NCBI GenBank assembly: GCA_963740355.1
Contig: CAVUDW010000002.1
Coordinates: 1,216,001 to 1,280,000, forward strand
Source of the DNA: an uncultured Gemmatimonadaceae bacterium
GTDB lineage: Bacteria > Gemmatimonadota > Gemmatimonadetes > Gemmatimonadales > Gemmatimonadaceae
Direction: 5' to 3'
Length of the DNA: 64,000 nt
Below, piece after piece: positions 43,847 through 57,098 of the stretch. A program made the position numbers and the translations under genes. Positions within the stretch are counted from its first letter, which is position 1; each line of letters opens with the position of its first letter. The notes under the pieces are model-generated. The model was not told where the DNA came from. It saw nothing but the letters and a program-made list of their open reading frames with translations, and did not search any database.

Positions 43847-46800
43847 TGGGCCTTCCGACCCTGCTCGACGCGATTGAACGGCTCCCGCAGTTCACGCGCG
43901 TGTACAACTCGTTGCCGGCACCGAACCGAGTCCTCACCGTCGCTGGTCTGCACGGATCGAGCGACGCGGTGATGGTGGCTGCCCTGGCGCGCCGGTTGTC
44001 GGGGCGGGTGATCGTGGTGGTGACGGACGCGCTGCCCGATGCCGAGCGCTGGCTCGCTGATCTGGCGGCGCTCTCCGAGTCGGATGGCATCGCCCTGTAT
44101 CCGCCGCGTGAAGGTTTCGGCGAAGTCGAGCCGCACACCGAAGTGGCCGGCGAACGTGTCGAGACGCTCGAGAAGTTGTCGCGCGGCGCCGTGCGCCTGC
44201 TGCTGACCACGTCGCGCGCGCTGATGGAACGCACACAGCTCGCGCGCGCCGTGGCTCGGGCGCGACTCGAGTTGCGGAAAGGCGATGCATGGCGGCTCGA
44301 GGCCTTGTCGGAACACCTTGATGCGCACGGGTTCGAGCGCACGTCGATGGTGGATGACGTCGGTCAGTACAGTGTGCGCGGCGGCATCTTCGACATCTAC
44401 AGCTTCGGCATGGCCGAGCCGGTCCGCCTCGAGTTCTGGGGCGACGAGATCGTGGAGCTGCGCCACTTCGACCTGCTCACGCAGCGCAGCACCCGTGATG
44501 CGAGCGTCGCACTGGTGTTGCCGGTGGATATCCCGGCCACCGACGAAGGTGAAGCCAGTTACGAGCGTGTCACGCTGGCGGAGCTTCTTCCGCCCGATAC
44601 GCTGTTGCTGCAGCCGCTGGGCACCAGCATCGAGCCGGAGCTGAAGCGGACCTGGGACGAAGCGCAACACCACATCGACCTCTCGCGCCGCCGCGGCGAA
44701 GATGCGCCGCCGCGCGATCGCCTGTTCGAGCAACCGGATGCCACCAAGAAGCGACTGCGCGGCTTCGGCACGATTCGCATCATCGATGCGTCGTCGGAAG
44801 GCATCGATGTCGGATTTCCAGCTCGTGCTCCGGAGGCAGTGGGCCGTGACATGGCGGCGCTACGCAAGCTGATTGCTGGCGGCATTCCGACGCTCGTGCT
44901 CTGCGACAACAGCGGCCAGCTGGAACGCCTTGAAGAGCTGCTCGAGGAACGTGGACGACGGACGATTGCTACCCTTGCACTGGGTGTGCTCGGCGCGGGC
45001 TTCATGTTGCCGCCGTCGGATGGTCGCGAAGGGCTGCGTGTGCTCACCGACCACGAGATCTTCCGTCGTGAACGGCGCATTCGTCGCACGCGAAAGTACG
45101 GCGGTGGTGCCGCGCTCGACGTCGTCACTGCGCTGAAGAGCGGTGACTATGTGGTGCATCTCGAACATGGCATCGGCATCTATCGTGGCATGTCCACCAC
45201 CTTCGTCGGCGAAAGCACGATCGAGGTGGCGGTCATCGAATACGAGGGCGGCGACCGGCTGAATGTGCCGCTGTATCGCATCGACCAGGTGGAGCGATAT
45301 CGCGCCGCTGGAGATGTGAGTGCCGATGCTCCGCCGCCGCGCCTGCACAAGCTGGGCGGACGGAAGTGGAGTCAACAGCGCGACAAGACCCGTGCGGCCA
45401 TCCTCGAGATGACGCACGAGTTGCTCGACCTGTATGCTCGTCGCCGCATCGCCAGCCGTCCCGCGCACGTCCCGGACACGACGTGGCAGATGCAGCTCGA
45501 GAGCGGCTTCCTGTTCGAGGATACGCCGGACCAGCGTCGCGCCACCACCGATGTGAAGAAGGACATGGAGAGTGGTCGGCCGATGGACCGACTGCTGGTG
45601 GGCGACGTGGGCTACGGCAAGACGGAAATCGCGGTGCGCGCAGCCTTCAAGGCAGTGCAGAGCGGACGACAGGTGGCGGTGCTGGTGCCCACCACGATTC
45701 TCGCCGACCAGCATGTGCGCACCTTCGGCGACCGCCTCGCGGACTTCCCGGTGGTGATCGAAGAGTTGAGCCGATTCCGTACCGGGAAGGAGCAAGCGGA
45801 AACGTTGGCGCGACTGAAGAAGAAGGAAGTCGACATCGTCATCGGCACGCATCGCCTGCTGGGCGAGGATGTCCTCTTTGGTGACCTCGGCCTGATCATC
45901 GTCGACGAGGAGCACCGCTTCGGCGTGAAGCACAAGGAGCGCTTGAAGCAGCTGAAGATGGAAACCGACGTGCTGACGCTCACCGCCACGCCGATTCCGC
46001 GCACGCTGCATCAGTCATTGGCTGGGCTGCGCGACATGACGTTGATGCAGACGCCGCCGCGCGACCGCAGCCCGGTGCTGACGTACGTCGAACCGAACGA
46101 TGATGCCTTGATCGAAGAGGCGATCTCGCGCGAGCTGGATCGCGGCGGCCAGTGCTTCTTCGTGCACAACCGCATCGAGACCATCCTCGCGGTCGCCGAC
46201 CATCTGCAGCGGCTGGTGCCACGGGCCCGCATCGTGGTCGGCCATGGCCAGATGAAGGAGCGCGAGCTGGAGGAGGTCATGCGCCAGTTCGTGCGCGGCG
46301 AGGCCGACATCCTCGTCAGCACGATGATCGTCGAAAGCGGCCTCGACGTCTCGAACGCGAACACCATGTTCGTCGACCGCGCCGACTACTTCGGCCTCGC
46401 CCAGCTCTACCAGCTTCGCGGCCGTGTTGGGCGCTCACATCGTCGCGCCTACTGCTATCTGCTCGTGCCCGACATCGTGGATGAGGACGCCGAGCGCCGC
46501 CTGAGGGTCCTGGAGCACAACACCGAGCTCGGCAGTGGGTATCGGGTCGCCCTCAAGGACATGGAGCTGCGAGGTGCGGGCAACCTGCTCGGACCCGAGC
46601 AGAGTGGCTTCGTGCATGCCGTCGGCTTCGATCTCTACTTGAGGCTGCTGGAGGAGACCGTCCAGCGCATCCAGCGCGGGGATGCGGCCCCACCGCCACA
46701 GCCCTCCGACGTGTCGCTGGACGTGCCGGCGTTCCTGCCGGACGACTACGTGCCCATGGCCGATCTCAAGCTCGACATCTATCGGCGCCTCACCAAGGCA

Positions 46801-47136
46801 ACCGATGCCGCCGCCATCGAGGCGCTGGCGTCAGAGGTCCGCGACCGGTTCGGCCCGCTTCCACCGGCCGCGACCGCGTATTTCGATCTGGCGCAACTCC
46901 GCCTGCTCGGGGGTACGCTGGGAATCGAGGCCATGCTGGTGCGGGGTGATGAGGGCCGTATTACGTTTCGCGCCGACGCCGTGCCCCGGATGAAGGGGCT
47001 CAGCGCCGCCTTCCATGAAGTGCAGTTCCAGGCCGAGGTGCGCCGCGCGCAACCATTGACGCTCAAGCTCACGCGACTCGGCGGAGCTGCGGTGCTCGAA
47101 GGCCTCGTCCGCTCCCTGCGCAGTCTGAGCCGCTGA
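43846..47136 (+). CDS. mfd: Transcription-repair coupling factor
   Basis: VRGGIFDIY, GDYVVHLEHGIG, GDVGYGKTE, DEEHRFG, QLRGRVGR, TRCF C-terminal domain. Confidence 0.97.
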   Translation: MGLPTLLDAIERLPQFTRVYNSLPAPNRVLTVAGLHGSSDAVMVAALARRLSGRVIVVVTDALPDAERWLADLAALSESDGIALYPPREGFGEVEPHTEVAGERVETLEKLSRGAVRLLLTTSRALMERTQLARAVARARLELRKGDAWRLEALSEHLDAHGFERTSMVDDVGQYSVRGGIFDIYSFGMAEPVRLEFWGDEIVELRHFDLLTQRSTRDASVALVLPVDIPATDEGEASYERVTLAELLPPDTLLLQPLGTSIEPELKRTWDEAQHHIDLSRRRGEDAPPRDRLFEQPDATKKRLRGFGTIRIIDASSEGIDVGFPARAPEAVGRDMAALRKLIAGGIPTLVLCDNSGQLERLEELLEERGRRTIATLALGVLGAGFMLPPSDGREGLRVLTDHEIFRRERRIRRTRKYGGGAALDVVTALKSGDYVVHLEHGIGIYRGMSTTFVGESTIEVAVIEYEGGDRLNVPLYRIDQVERYRAAGDVSADAPPPRLHKLGGRKWSQQRDKTRAAILEMTHELLDLYARRRIASRPAHVPDTTWQMQLESGFLFEDTPDQRRATTDVKKDMESGRPMDRLLVGDVGYGKTEIAVRAAFKAVQSGRQVAVLVPTTILADQHVRTFGDRLADFPVVIEELSRFRTGKEQAETLARLKKKEVDIVIGTHRLLGEDVLFGDLGLIIVDEEHRFGVKHKERLKQLKMETDVLTLTATPIPRTLHQSLAGLRDMTLMQTPPRDRSPVLTYVEPNDDALIEEAISRELDRGGQCFFVHNRIETILAVADHLQRLVPRARIVVGHGQMKERELEEVMRQFVRGEADILVSTMIVESGLDVSNANTMFVDRADYFGLAQLYQLRGRVGRSHRRAYCYLLVPDIVDEDAERRLRVLEHNTELGSGYRVALKDMELRGAGNLLGPEQSGFVHAVGFDLYLRLLEETVQRIQRGDAAPPPQPSDVSLDVPAFLPDDYVPMADLKLDIYRRLTKATDAAAIEALASEVRDRFGPLPPAATAYFDLAQLRLLGGTLGIEAMLVRGDEGRITFRADAVPRMKGLSAAFHEVQFQAEVRRAQPLTLKLTRLGGAAVLEGLVRSLRSLSR

Positions 47137-47203
47137 TCGACCGTTCCCGCGGCGGCACGTACCTGTCAGACCGTTGCAGTTCTCACCTATTCCGTTTTGA
47201 CGA

Positions 47204-48677
47204 ATGAGAAGACTTGTCCTCGCCGCGATCGCCGTTGTTGCCACGGCCCAGCTGGCTGGCTGCAACAGCGGAGCGCTCAGCGCCCACGCGGATACCGTCG
47301 CGAAGGCGGGCTCTCAGGAACTGACCGTCAAGAAGCTCTCGGAGCTGCTCGGCGCCTCGAAGGTGCCGCTCCGCAAGGATGTGGTCCGTGTCGTGGCCGA
47401 CCTCTGGGTCAACTACCAGCTCCTCGCCAAGGCCGGCGCCACGGGTGACTCGCTCAACGATCCGAAGTCGCTCGACTCGGCGCTCTGGGCCCCGATCGCC
47501 AATGCCCGCGCCCGCAAGTTCTTCGAAGTGGTGTCGAAGGGCTGGACGATCGCGCCGCTCGGCCGATGCCGAAACCCGCTACAACAACGGTGAAGTGCTG
47601 GCCGCCAGCCACATCCTCTTCCGCATCCCGGAGAAGGGGGCCACGCCGGCACAGGTCGCCGCGCTCAAGGTCCGCGCCGATTCGCTCCGCAAGGTCCTGA
47701 CGACGGCGAACTTCAGCCAGCTGGCTGGCCGCTTCAGCCAGGATCCCGGTTCGGCACAGCAGGGTGGCTCGCTCGGTGCCTTCCCGAAGGGCATGATGGC
47801 GCCGGAGTTCGAGACCGAAGTGCTGAAGACCAAGCCGGGCGAGATTTCGCCGGCGTTCCAGACCCGCTTCGGCATTCATATCGTGTACCGCCCGGTGTAC
47901 GCCGGCGTGACGCAGCAGGTTGCGCAGCTCATGCAGCAGCGTGGCGCAGCGGCCGCCGAGTCGACCTACTGGGCACGCCTCGAAGCGGCGAACGCCGTGG
48001 CCGTGAAGGCCGATGCGCCGAAGATGGCTCGCGACATCGTGGGTGACCTCGACGGCTATCGCACCAGCAGCATGGTGCTTGGCACCACCAAGAGCGGTGA
48101 CTTCACCGCCCGCCAGTTGGTGCGCTGGATCGACGCCTATCCGCCGGAGCAGGGCCTGATTCCGCAGATCCAGAACGCGCCGGACACGATCATCCCGACG
48201 CTGATCAAGAACTTCATTCGCAATGAGCTGTTCCTGAAGCAGGCCGACAGCGCCAAGGTCGACCTCACCGACCAGGAGAAGAGCCAGATCCGCGCCGAGT
48301 TCCGCACGCTGGTGATCAACTCGTGGACGCAGCTTGGCGTGGCCCCGAACCAGCTCATCGACAGCGGCAAGACGCCGTCGGCTCGCGAGACCATCGCCTC
48401 CGCCCGCGTCAACACCTTCCTCGAGAACATGCTGGTGAAGGACGGTGCATTCGTCCCGATCGCCCGCTCGATGGACCTGATGCTCCGGATGCGTTTCCCG
48501 GGCGCCAAGATCGTCGACGCAGGTGTCGATCGTGCGCTGGAAGCTGCACAGAAGCTGCGTGGCTCCACGGACTCGACCCGTGCCGCCAACCGTCCGGCGT
48601 CGGCCGTGCCGATGCCTGGTGGCGACGCCGCACCGGCTGCTCCGACGCCGACGCCGCCTCCGGCAGCGAAGCCGTAA
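47204..48677 (+). CDS. Parvulin-type peptidylprolyl isomerase lipoprotein, split by one +1 indel at about 47558
   Basis: LAGC lipobox; ASHILF, FSQDPGSAQQGGSLG, MAPEFE, TRFGIHIV. Confidence 0.87.
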
Positions 48678-48696
48678 TCAGCGACCGCAGGATGAC

Positions 48697-48733
48697 GGAC
48701 GGGGGAGCGCGAACGCCGCGCTCCCCCGTTCTT
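48697..48733 (+). terminator. Hairpin/terminator after the PPIase gene
   Basis: 13-bp stem ACGGGGGAGCGCG/CGCGCTCCCCCGT followed by TCTT. Confidence 0.65.
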
Positions 48734-48822
48734 CGTCCGATCAGCGCTAAATTGAACGTCTTGCTCGGGGCTGCATCGCCTGGGCAGTGAACCGACGCCT
48801 CGCCTGCCGGGTACCCCGACGC

Positions 48823-50235
48823 ATGACTCGATCGTTTTCTGCAGTAATGGTTCGCCTCGCGCTCCCGCTGGTCGCCGTTGCGATCGCTGGGCAGTCGCTG
48901 CAGGCCCAGAATCCCGCCGTCCGCCCCGCTGGCAGCACACCGGCAACGACGGTGGTGCCGGTCGACCGTGTGATCGCGATCGCTGGCGATCATCCCATCC
49001 TCTGGAGCGAGGTGCTCGAGGAGTACAACACCCGTCGCGCGCAGGGGATGCCGATCCCGGCCGATTCGGTTGAGCATCGGAAGCTGGTGGAGAAGATCAT
49101 CGACGAGTTGATCGACGCCGAGGTGCTGATCCAGAAGGCCGCGGTGGAGAAGGTCGAAGTCGCCGACGGTGATGTGCTGCCCGATGTCGAGACGCAGCTG
49201 AAGAAGATCCGCGATCAGTTCAAGAGCGACCAGGAGTTCCGCACCGCACTGGCTGGCGCCGGGTTCGGGACGCCAGAGGAGTACCGGCGCACGTTGGTCG
49301 AGGCCGCGAAGCGATCGGCCGTGCAGCGCAAGTTGATCGAGAAGATGAAGTCCGACGGCAAGCTGGTGCGCGCGGTGGTGTCGGAAGCGGATGTGATTGC
49401 GATGTACGACCAGAATCGCAACTCGCTGCCGAAGCGTCCCGCACAGGTGACGTTCCGCCAGATCGTGATCACGCCGACAGCCAGTGCCGCCTCGAAGGCC
49501 AAGGCGCGCGCGAAGATCGACTCGCTGCTGGTCGAGTTGCAGCGCGGCGGCAATTTCGAGCTGATCGCCAAGCGTGAGAGCATGGACCCGTCGAACAAGG
49601 AGACGGGGGGTGACCTCGGCTGGAATCGTCGTGGCCGCATGGTGCCGGAGTTCGATCGCATGATGTTCGCGCTGCCGCCGGGCGTTCTCAGCCCGGTGGT
49701 CGAGACGAGCTTTGGCTTCCACATCATCCGCGTGGACAAGGTGCAGCCGGCGGAGGTGAAGGCACGTCACATCCTGATCATCCCGACGCTCGATTCAGCT
49801 GATGAGCGCCGTGCACACACGCTGGCCGACAGCGTCGCTGGCGCGTGGCGCAGCGGTGCACGTTTTGACTCTCTGAGCGCCAAGTTCCACGATCCCGACG
49901 AAGTGAAGGCCTTCAACGATCCGTTCCCGACCAAGGACTTGCCGCCGGCGTACATCGAGGCGCTGAAGGGGATCAAGGTCAATGAAATCAGCGCGCCGTT
50001 CGTGATCGAGAATCCAGGTCGCGGCACGAAGAAGTTCGTCGTCTTCCAGCTGCTCACCCAGCAGGACGAAGGGATGTATTCGGTGGGTGAAGTGCGCGAA
50101 CGCATCCGTGCACAGCTGGTCGACGAGCGGTCGATGCGCCGCTTCATCGATGGCCTGCGCTCAGCCACGTTCGTCCTGCGGAATCCGATTCCTGCACTGC
50201 CCGTGGCAGAACCCGTCGCCCCGCCAGAGAAGTAG
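48823..50235 (+). CDS. surA: SurA-like chaperone/peptidylprolyl isomerase
   Basis: VDRVIAIAG N-domain, rotamase GGDLGW...MVPEF...ETSFGFHII; adjacent to pdxA. Confidence 0.85.
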   Translation: MTRSFSAVMVRLALPLVAVAIAGQSLQAQNPAVRPAGSTPATTVVPVDRVIAIAGDHPILWSEVLEEYNTRRAQGMPIPADSVEHRKLVEKIIDELIDAEVLIQKAAVEKVEVADGDVLPDVETQLKKIRDQFKSDQEFRTALAGAGFGTPEEYRRTLVEAAKRSAVQRKLIEKMKSDGKLVRAVVSEADVIAMYDQNRNSLPKRPAQVTFRQIVITPTASAASKAKARAKIDSLLVELQRGGNFELIAKRESMDPSNKETGGDLGWNRRGRMVPEFDRMMFALPPGVLSPVVETSFGFHIIRVDKVQPAEVKARHILIIPTLDSADERRAHTLADSVAGAWRSGARFDSLSAKFHDPDEVKAFNDPFPTKDLPPAYIEALKGIKVNEISAPFVIENPGRGTKKFVVFQLLTQQDEGMYSVGEVRERIRAQLVDERSMRRFIDGLRSATFVLRNPIPALPVAEPVAPPEK

Positions 50236-50256
50236 CACGATGACGCGCCCTCAGCT

Positions 50257-51141
50257 GTGACACGCCGACGTCCCCGCCTCGCCGTTACGCTGGGCGACCC
50301 GCGAGGCATCGGGCCGGAGCTGGTGCAGGCGATGCTCGACGATGACGAGATCGGCGACCTCTGCGACCTGCTCGTGGTGGGGCCGCGCGGGACCGAGGTG
50401 GACGTGCACGAAACCGTGGGGATCTGGATGCCAGGCGGCGGCGAGGCTCTCGCCGGCAAGCTGGCGGGTGACGCGGTGGTTCGGGCGGTGGAGCTGGCGC
50501 AGGCCGGCGCCGTGCGCGGTATCGTCACCGCCCCACTCGACAAACACGCGCTGCTGCAGGGCGGATACGACGCACCGGGCCACACCGAGATGCTGGCGGA
50601 GCTGACGGGCCGGAAGACGGCCATGATGCTGGCCAGTGAATCGCTGCGGGTCGTGCTTGCGACCACACACCTGGCCCTTCGCAATGTCCCCGAAGCGTTG
50701 ACGGCCGACGCATTGCGCGATGCCATCACGCTGACGCGTGAGGGGCTGCAACACTGGTTTCACATTCCGGAGCCACGCATCGCGCTCTGCGCCATGAATC
50801 CCCATGGCGGCGATGGCGGCCGATTCGGCACCGAGGACACGGAACTGCTGGCACCGATCGCGGCCGAACTGGGCGCGCTCGGGCCGTATCCGGCAGACAC
50901 CGTGTTCGTGCGGGCGATGCGCGGAGAGTTCGATGCCGTCATCGCGCCTTACCATGATGTGGGCATGACGGCGATCAAGGTTGCGAGTTTCGGGAGCGGT
51001 GTGAACGTGACACTCGGCCTTCCGTTTCCGCGCACCTCGCCCGACCACGGCACCGCCATCGACATCGCCGGCCAGGGTATCGCCGACGTCTCATCGTTCC
51101 GTCACGCCGTCCTGCTCTGCGCGCGGTTGGCGAATCATTAG
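50257..51141 (+). CDS. pdxA: 4-hydroxythreonine-4-phosphate dehydrogenase
   Basis: TLGDPRGIGPE, VTAPLDK, GHTEML, NPHGGD, YHDVG, RTSPDHGTA. Confidence 0.95.
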   Translation: MTRRRPRLAVTLGDPRGIGPELVQAMLDDDEIGDLCDLLVVGPRGTEVDVHETVGIWMPGGGEALAGKLAGDAVVRAVELAQAGAVRGIVTAPLDKHALLQGGYDAPGHTEMLAELTGRKTAMMLASESLRVVLATTHLALRNVPEALTADALRDAITLTREGLQHWFHIPEPRIALCAMNPHGGDGGRFGTEDTELLAPIAAELGALGPYPADTVFVRAMRGEFDAVIAPYHDVGMTAIKVASFGSGVNVTLGLPFPRTSPDHGTAIDIAGQGIADVSSFRHAVLLCARLANH

Positions 51142-51319
51142 TCGCAACTTGGCTGTTAGTTGCGCGATGTATCGGGGTGGGAAGCAAACAGGCGTGTAGT
51201 GCGTGACCGGCGGGAGTGCTGTGCGTCCTCACGGGGAACGAACGACACTCCGCCCACCCACGGATCGGCAGCCGACCCACCCCGGTTGAACGCCTGTCCT
51301 GAGCATCTGCAGACGGCCC

Positions 51320-52783
51320 ATGGCTTCTCTCGACAAGTTTCTGATGGCGCTGGGGACCGCGCCACCGACGACGCTGGTGCTCTATGAGGGCGCCGTTGCG
51401 GAGCTTCGCTTTGACGGCGGCACCCGCCCGATCACCAAGCAGCCGCTGAGCGCCGAGCAGATCGTCGGGCTGCTGCGCGAGATCGCGCCGGCCAACCAGC
51501 AGGCGGCCGTGATGCAGGGCGGCCCGGCCCGTTTCCCATATGACGGCAATGGCATTCCAGTCGATTGTGCGATCCAGCGCGATGCGCAGGGACGTGTGGT
51601 AGCGCAGATCATGCCCGCCAGCTCAGCCGATGCGGCGCTGCGCGAGGAGGCCACGGTGGCCAGCGCGACCCCGGTGCTCGACAGCGGACCGCGCCAGTCG
51701 CTCGATGCGCTGCTGCGCGCCCTCTCGGCGCAGAAGGGCAGTGACCTCCATCTTCGGGTGGGTGAACCGCCGATCCTCCGACGGGACGGCGAGCTGGTGC
51801 GAATCGCTGGGGCCGCGCCGCTGGGGCACGAGCAGCTGGAGCAGATGCTGCTCGCCTCGATGCCGGAGCGGAATCGTCTGGAGTTCCTCGAGAACAACGA
51901 CACCGACTTTGCCATCGACATTCCCGGCGTGGCGCGATTCCGCGGCAATGCGCTGCGGGACCGGTGCGGGGCGGCAGCCGTCTTCCGCCTCATTCCCTCG
52001 ACCATCATCACCGCCGAGCAGCTGGGTCTGTCGGAGTTCGAGAAGGCGCTCTGCAACCTGAGCAAGGGCCTGGTGCTCGTCACCGGCCCCACCGGCAGCG
52101 GCAAGAGCACCACGCTCTGCGGCATGATCGACCTCGTCAACCGGACCCGGACCGATCACATCATCACGATCGAGGACCCGATCGAGTTCGTGCACGCCAG
52201 CAAGAAGTGCCTCATCAACCAGCGCGAGGTCGGGGTGCACACCTCGAGCTTCAAGACCGCGCTGCGGGCGGCGCTGCGCGAGGATCCCGACGTGATCCTG
52301 GTGGGCGAGACTGCGCGACCTCGAGACCATCGAGATGCGCCATCGAGACGGCGGAGACCGGCCATCTCGTCTTCGGCACGCTGCACACCACCACCGCGCC
52401 CAGCACGGTGGACCGCCTGATCGACCAGTTCCCGGCCGACCGGCAGGCGCAGATCCGCACCATGCTCAGCGAGTCGCTGAAGGGGGTGATCTCGCAGACC
52501 CTGGTGCAAGAAGAAGGGCGGCGGGCGGGCGGCGGCGCTCGAGGTGCTGCTGGCCAACACCGCTGTCTCGAACCTGATCCGCGAGGGCAAGACCTTCCAG
52601 ATCCCGACGGTCATGCAGACGTCGAAGAAGCTGGGCATGGTGACCATGAACGATGCCTTGCTGGACCTGGTCGAGAAGAACCTGGTCGATGCCAACGACG
52701 CGTGGATCAAGGCGGTGGACAAGGGCGGCTTCCAGCAGGCGCTGCAGTCGCGCGGGATCACCCTCGATCGCGTCGCTGCCTGA
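51320..52783 (+). CDS. pilT: PilT-family retraction ATPase with an extra N-terminal domain, three +1 indels (about 52310, 52337, 52504)
   Basis: SDLHLRVG, GPTGSGKST, TIEDPIE, ALREDPDVILVGE, AETGHLVFGTLH, SNLIREGK. Confidence 0.9.
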
Positions 52784-52862
52784 TTTCCGGCACGGCCCCG
52801 CCAGCGGGGCCGGAAAACGGACATTTCCGGGGGGCTCTTGGTCCCCCGGCTAAGTTAGTCGA

Positions 52863-54698
52863 ATGTCTATTCGTAACATTGCCATCATTGCGCACGTCGA
52901 CCACGGTAAGACTACACTCGTGGATCAGATGCTCCGCCAGGCCGGAGCGTTCCGCGAGAACCAGGTTGTCGCCGAGCGTGTCATGGATTCCAATCCGCTC
53001 GAGAAGGAACGCGGCATCACGATTCTCGCGAAGAATACGTCGATCCGCTGGAAAGAAAACAAGATCAACATCATCGATACGCCGGGTCACGCCGATTTCG
53101 GCGGTGAAGTCGAGCGCATCATGCGCATGGTGGACGGCGTGCTGTTGGTGGTCGATGCCTTTGACGGCCCGATGCCGCAGACCCGCTTCGTGCTCCGCAA
53201 GGCGTTCGAGCTGGGCCGCGTGCCGATCGTGGTCATCAACAAGATCGACCGGCCCGGCGCTGACCCGATGCGCGTGCATGACGAGGTGCTGAGCCTCTTC
53301 ATCGAGCTCGATGCCACGGAAGCGCAGCTGGACGCGCCGGTGGTGTACGCCAGCGCGCGTCAGGGCATTGCCACGATGGACCTCGATGTGGAGGGGACGA
53401 ACATGAATCCCCTCTTCGATGCCATCCTGCAGTATGTGCCGATCCCGCCGAACGATGCGACCGGCCCGTTCCAGATGCTCGTCTCGACGATCGACTATTC
53501 CAGCTACCTCGGGCGCCTCGGTATCGGCCGCGTGGAGATGGGCAAGATCAAGGTCGGCGACCAGGTGTCGCTGCTGCAGATGGACCCCACGCAACCGATC
53601 CAGAACAGTCGTGTCACGAAGCTGTTCTGCTTCGAGGGACTGGAGCGCGTCGAGGTGCAGGAGGCCTCGGCGGGCGAGATCGTGTCGGTGGCTGGTCTCG
53701 AGAATGTCGAGATCGGGCTCACCATCACCGATCCGTCGTTCCAGGAGCGCCTCGAGGGCATCGCGGTGGAAGAGCCGACGATCAGCGTCGACTTCCAGGT
53801 GAACACGTCGACCTTCGCTGGCAAGGAAGGGAAGTTCGTGACGTCGCGTCAGGTGCGTGATCGCCTGATGAAGGAGCTCGAGCGCAACGTGGCGTTGCGC
53901 GTCGAGGAGACGGACAACACCGACACCTGGAAGGTCAGTGGTCGCGGCGAGTTGCATCTGTCGATCCTGATGGAAACCATGCGCCGCGAGGGGTATGAAT
54001 TCCAGGTGTCACGCCCGAAGGTGATCACCAAGCTGGGCGAGAACGGTGAGCGCCTCGAGCCGTACGAGGAGTTGTTGATCGATGTGCCGGACGACTATGT
54101 CGGCGCCGTGATCGAAAAGCTTGGTCCCCGCAAGGCGGAGATGACCGAGATGAAGAATCCGGGGCAGGGCATGGTGCGCCTCACCTATCGCATTCCGGCG
54201 CGCGGCCTGTTTGGTTATCGCTCCGAGTTTCTGACCGATACTCGTGGCACGGGCATCATGCATCACCGGTTCCTCGAGTACGGGCCGTGGTCGGGCGGGT
54301 TGGACGGCCGCACGCGTGGTGTGCTGGTGAGCATGGAGAACGGGACCATCATCGCGTTTGCACTGGGGAACCTCGGTGAACGCGCGACGTTGTTCGTGGA
54401 GCCAGGGCAGCCGGTGTACGAAGGGATGGTGGTGGGGGAGAATTCGCGTCCGGGCGACATGGACGTGAACCCCACCAAGGAGAAGAAGTTGTCCAACATG
54501 CGCAGCAAGTCGGCGGACGATGCGATCGTGCTCGAGCCGCCGCGCATTCACACGTTGGAGAGCGCGCTGGAGTACATCGAGGAAGACGAGTTGATCGAGG
54601 TCACACCGCAGTCGATTCGCTTGCGCAAGAAGGTGTTGAACACCATCGACCGGAAGCGGGCGACGCGCGACCTGAAGAAGGAACGCGATCGCGACTGA
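52863..54698 (+). CDS. typA: Translational GTPase TypA/BipA
   Basis: [47 protein letters not shown]. Confidence 0.98.
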   Translation: MSIRNIAIIAHVDHGKTTLVDQMLRQAGAFRENQVVAERVMDSNPLEKERGITILAKNTSIRWKENKINIIDTPGHADFGGEVERIMRMVDGVLLVVDAFDGPMPQTRFVLRKAFELGRVPIVVINKIDRPGADPMRVHDEVLSLFIELDATEAQLDAPVVYASARQGIATMDLDVEGTNMNPLFDAILQYVPIPPNDATGPFQMLVSTIDYSSYLGRLGIGRVEMGKIKVGDQVSLLQMDPTQPIQNSRVTKLFCFEGLERVEVQEASAGEIVSVAGLENVEIGLTITDPSFQERLEGIAVEEPTISVDFQVNTSTFAGKEGKFVTSRQVRDRLMKELERNVALRVEETDNTDTWKVSGRGELHLSILMETMRREGYEFQVSRPKVITKLGENGERLEPYEELLIDVPDDYVGAVIEKLGPRKAEMTEMKNPGQGMVRLTYRIPARGLFGYRSEFLTDTRGTGIMHHRFLEYGPWSGGLDGRTRGVLVSMENGTIIAFALGNLGERATLFVEPGQPVYEGMVVGENSRPGDMDVNPTKEKKLSNMRSKSADDAIVLEPPRIHTLESALEYIEEDELIEVTPQSIRLRKKVLNTIDRKRATRDLKKERDRD

Positions 54699-54821
54699 GT
54701 GGAACGTGGGTGCATGGTGTTCCACTCGCATGTCGCGATTGATCGCCGGAGTGTGGCCCGCGTGTGCGCGGGCCATGGTCTGACCTCACACGACATACGG
54801 ACGCACGGGGAGAACGCAGGC

Positions 54822-55148
54822 ATGTCGGAACAGGCAGTGTCATCGGAAAACGATGGGTGGGCGATGATGGGCGCCGGTGTTGGCGCCGCAGTCGGCGGGA
54901 CCAGTTTCGCAGTGCGGGCCGCCGGCCCCGATGACGAGGATGATGCGGTCGATGCCGAGGATCTCGACGACGATGATCTCGATGATGAGGATCTCGACGA
55001 CGATGACGATGATGATGACGACGACCTCGATGAGTTCGAGGACGACGAGCTGGATGATGACGAGGATGACGACGACGAGGCCGATGAAATCGACTTCACG
55101 GAAGACCGATACGGTCGGATTCCGGGCGAGGATGACGCCGACGTGTGA
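54822..55148 (+). CDS. Small, extremely Asp/Glu-rich hypothetical protein
   Basis: GGAG upstream of the ATG; GAY/GAG codon run held in one frame for about 60 codons. Confidence 0.6.
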   Translation: MSEQAVSSENDGWAMMGAGVGAAVGGTSFAVRAAGPDDEDDAVDAEDLDDDDLDDEDLDDDDDDDDDDLDEFEDDELDDDEDDDDEADEIDFTEDRYGRIPGEDDADV

Positions 55149-55208
55149 GTAGGTGCGCGGTCTCCGCAGTGGTGCTGCAGAAAGAGTGAAATTCACCCAC
55201 TGCAGGGG

Positions 55209-55236
55209 TTGACTGGGGAGTTTGGCAGGCTATCAT
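55209..55236 (+). promoter_or_regulatory. rRNA promoter (sigma70)
   Basis: TTGACT-16 nt-TATCAT about 240 nt upstream of the 16S gene. Confidence 0.8.
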
Positions 55237-55473
55237 TGGTGTCTGCCCCGGATACGGGGCGCGACGAGGTGCTGTGAGACGCGAAGTGAAGCGCTCTGCA
55301 CCACATCAAGCTGATTGACAATCGAGAGAGAAGCGTGTGGTGGTATCTCGTTAAGTCGCCCGGTTCGTGCTGGGCGGCATAGAGATTCAAAACACGAAAT
55401 TTATGATTCCGGACCGTCTCATGATGGTCCAGTAATGGGTGTTGTGAGCGGTTCGCGAGAGCTAGTTGAATTC

Positions 55474-56998
<1,525 letters not shown>

Positions 56999-57098
56999 AA
57001 CGGAGTCTCGAGTAACACGCTTCGGCGTGCGAAAGAACTCAGTAGTCGCATCACCACGCGCTCTTCTCTCGATTGCCAGTATATAGCAGGACTGCATC

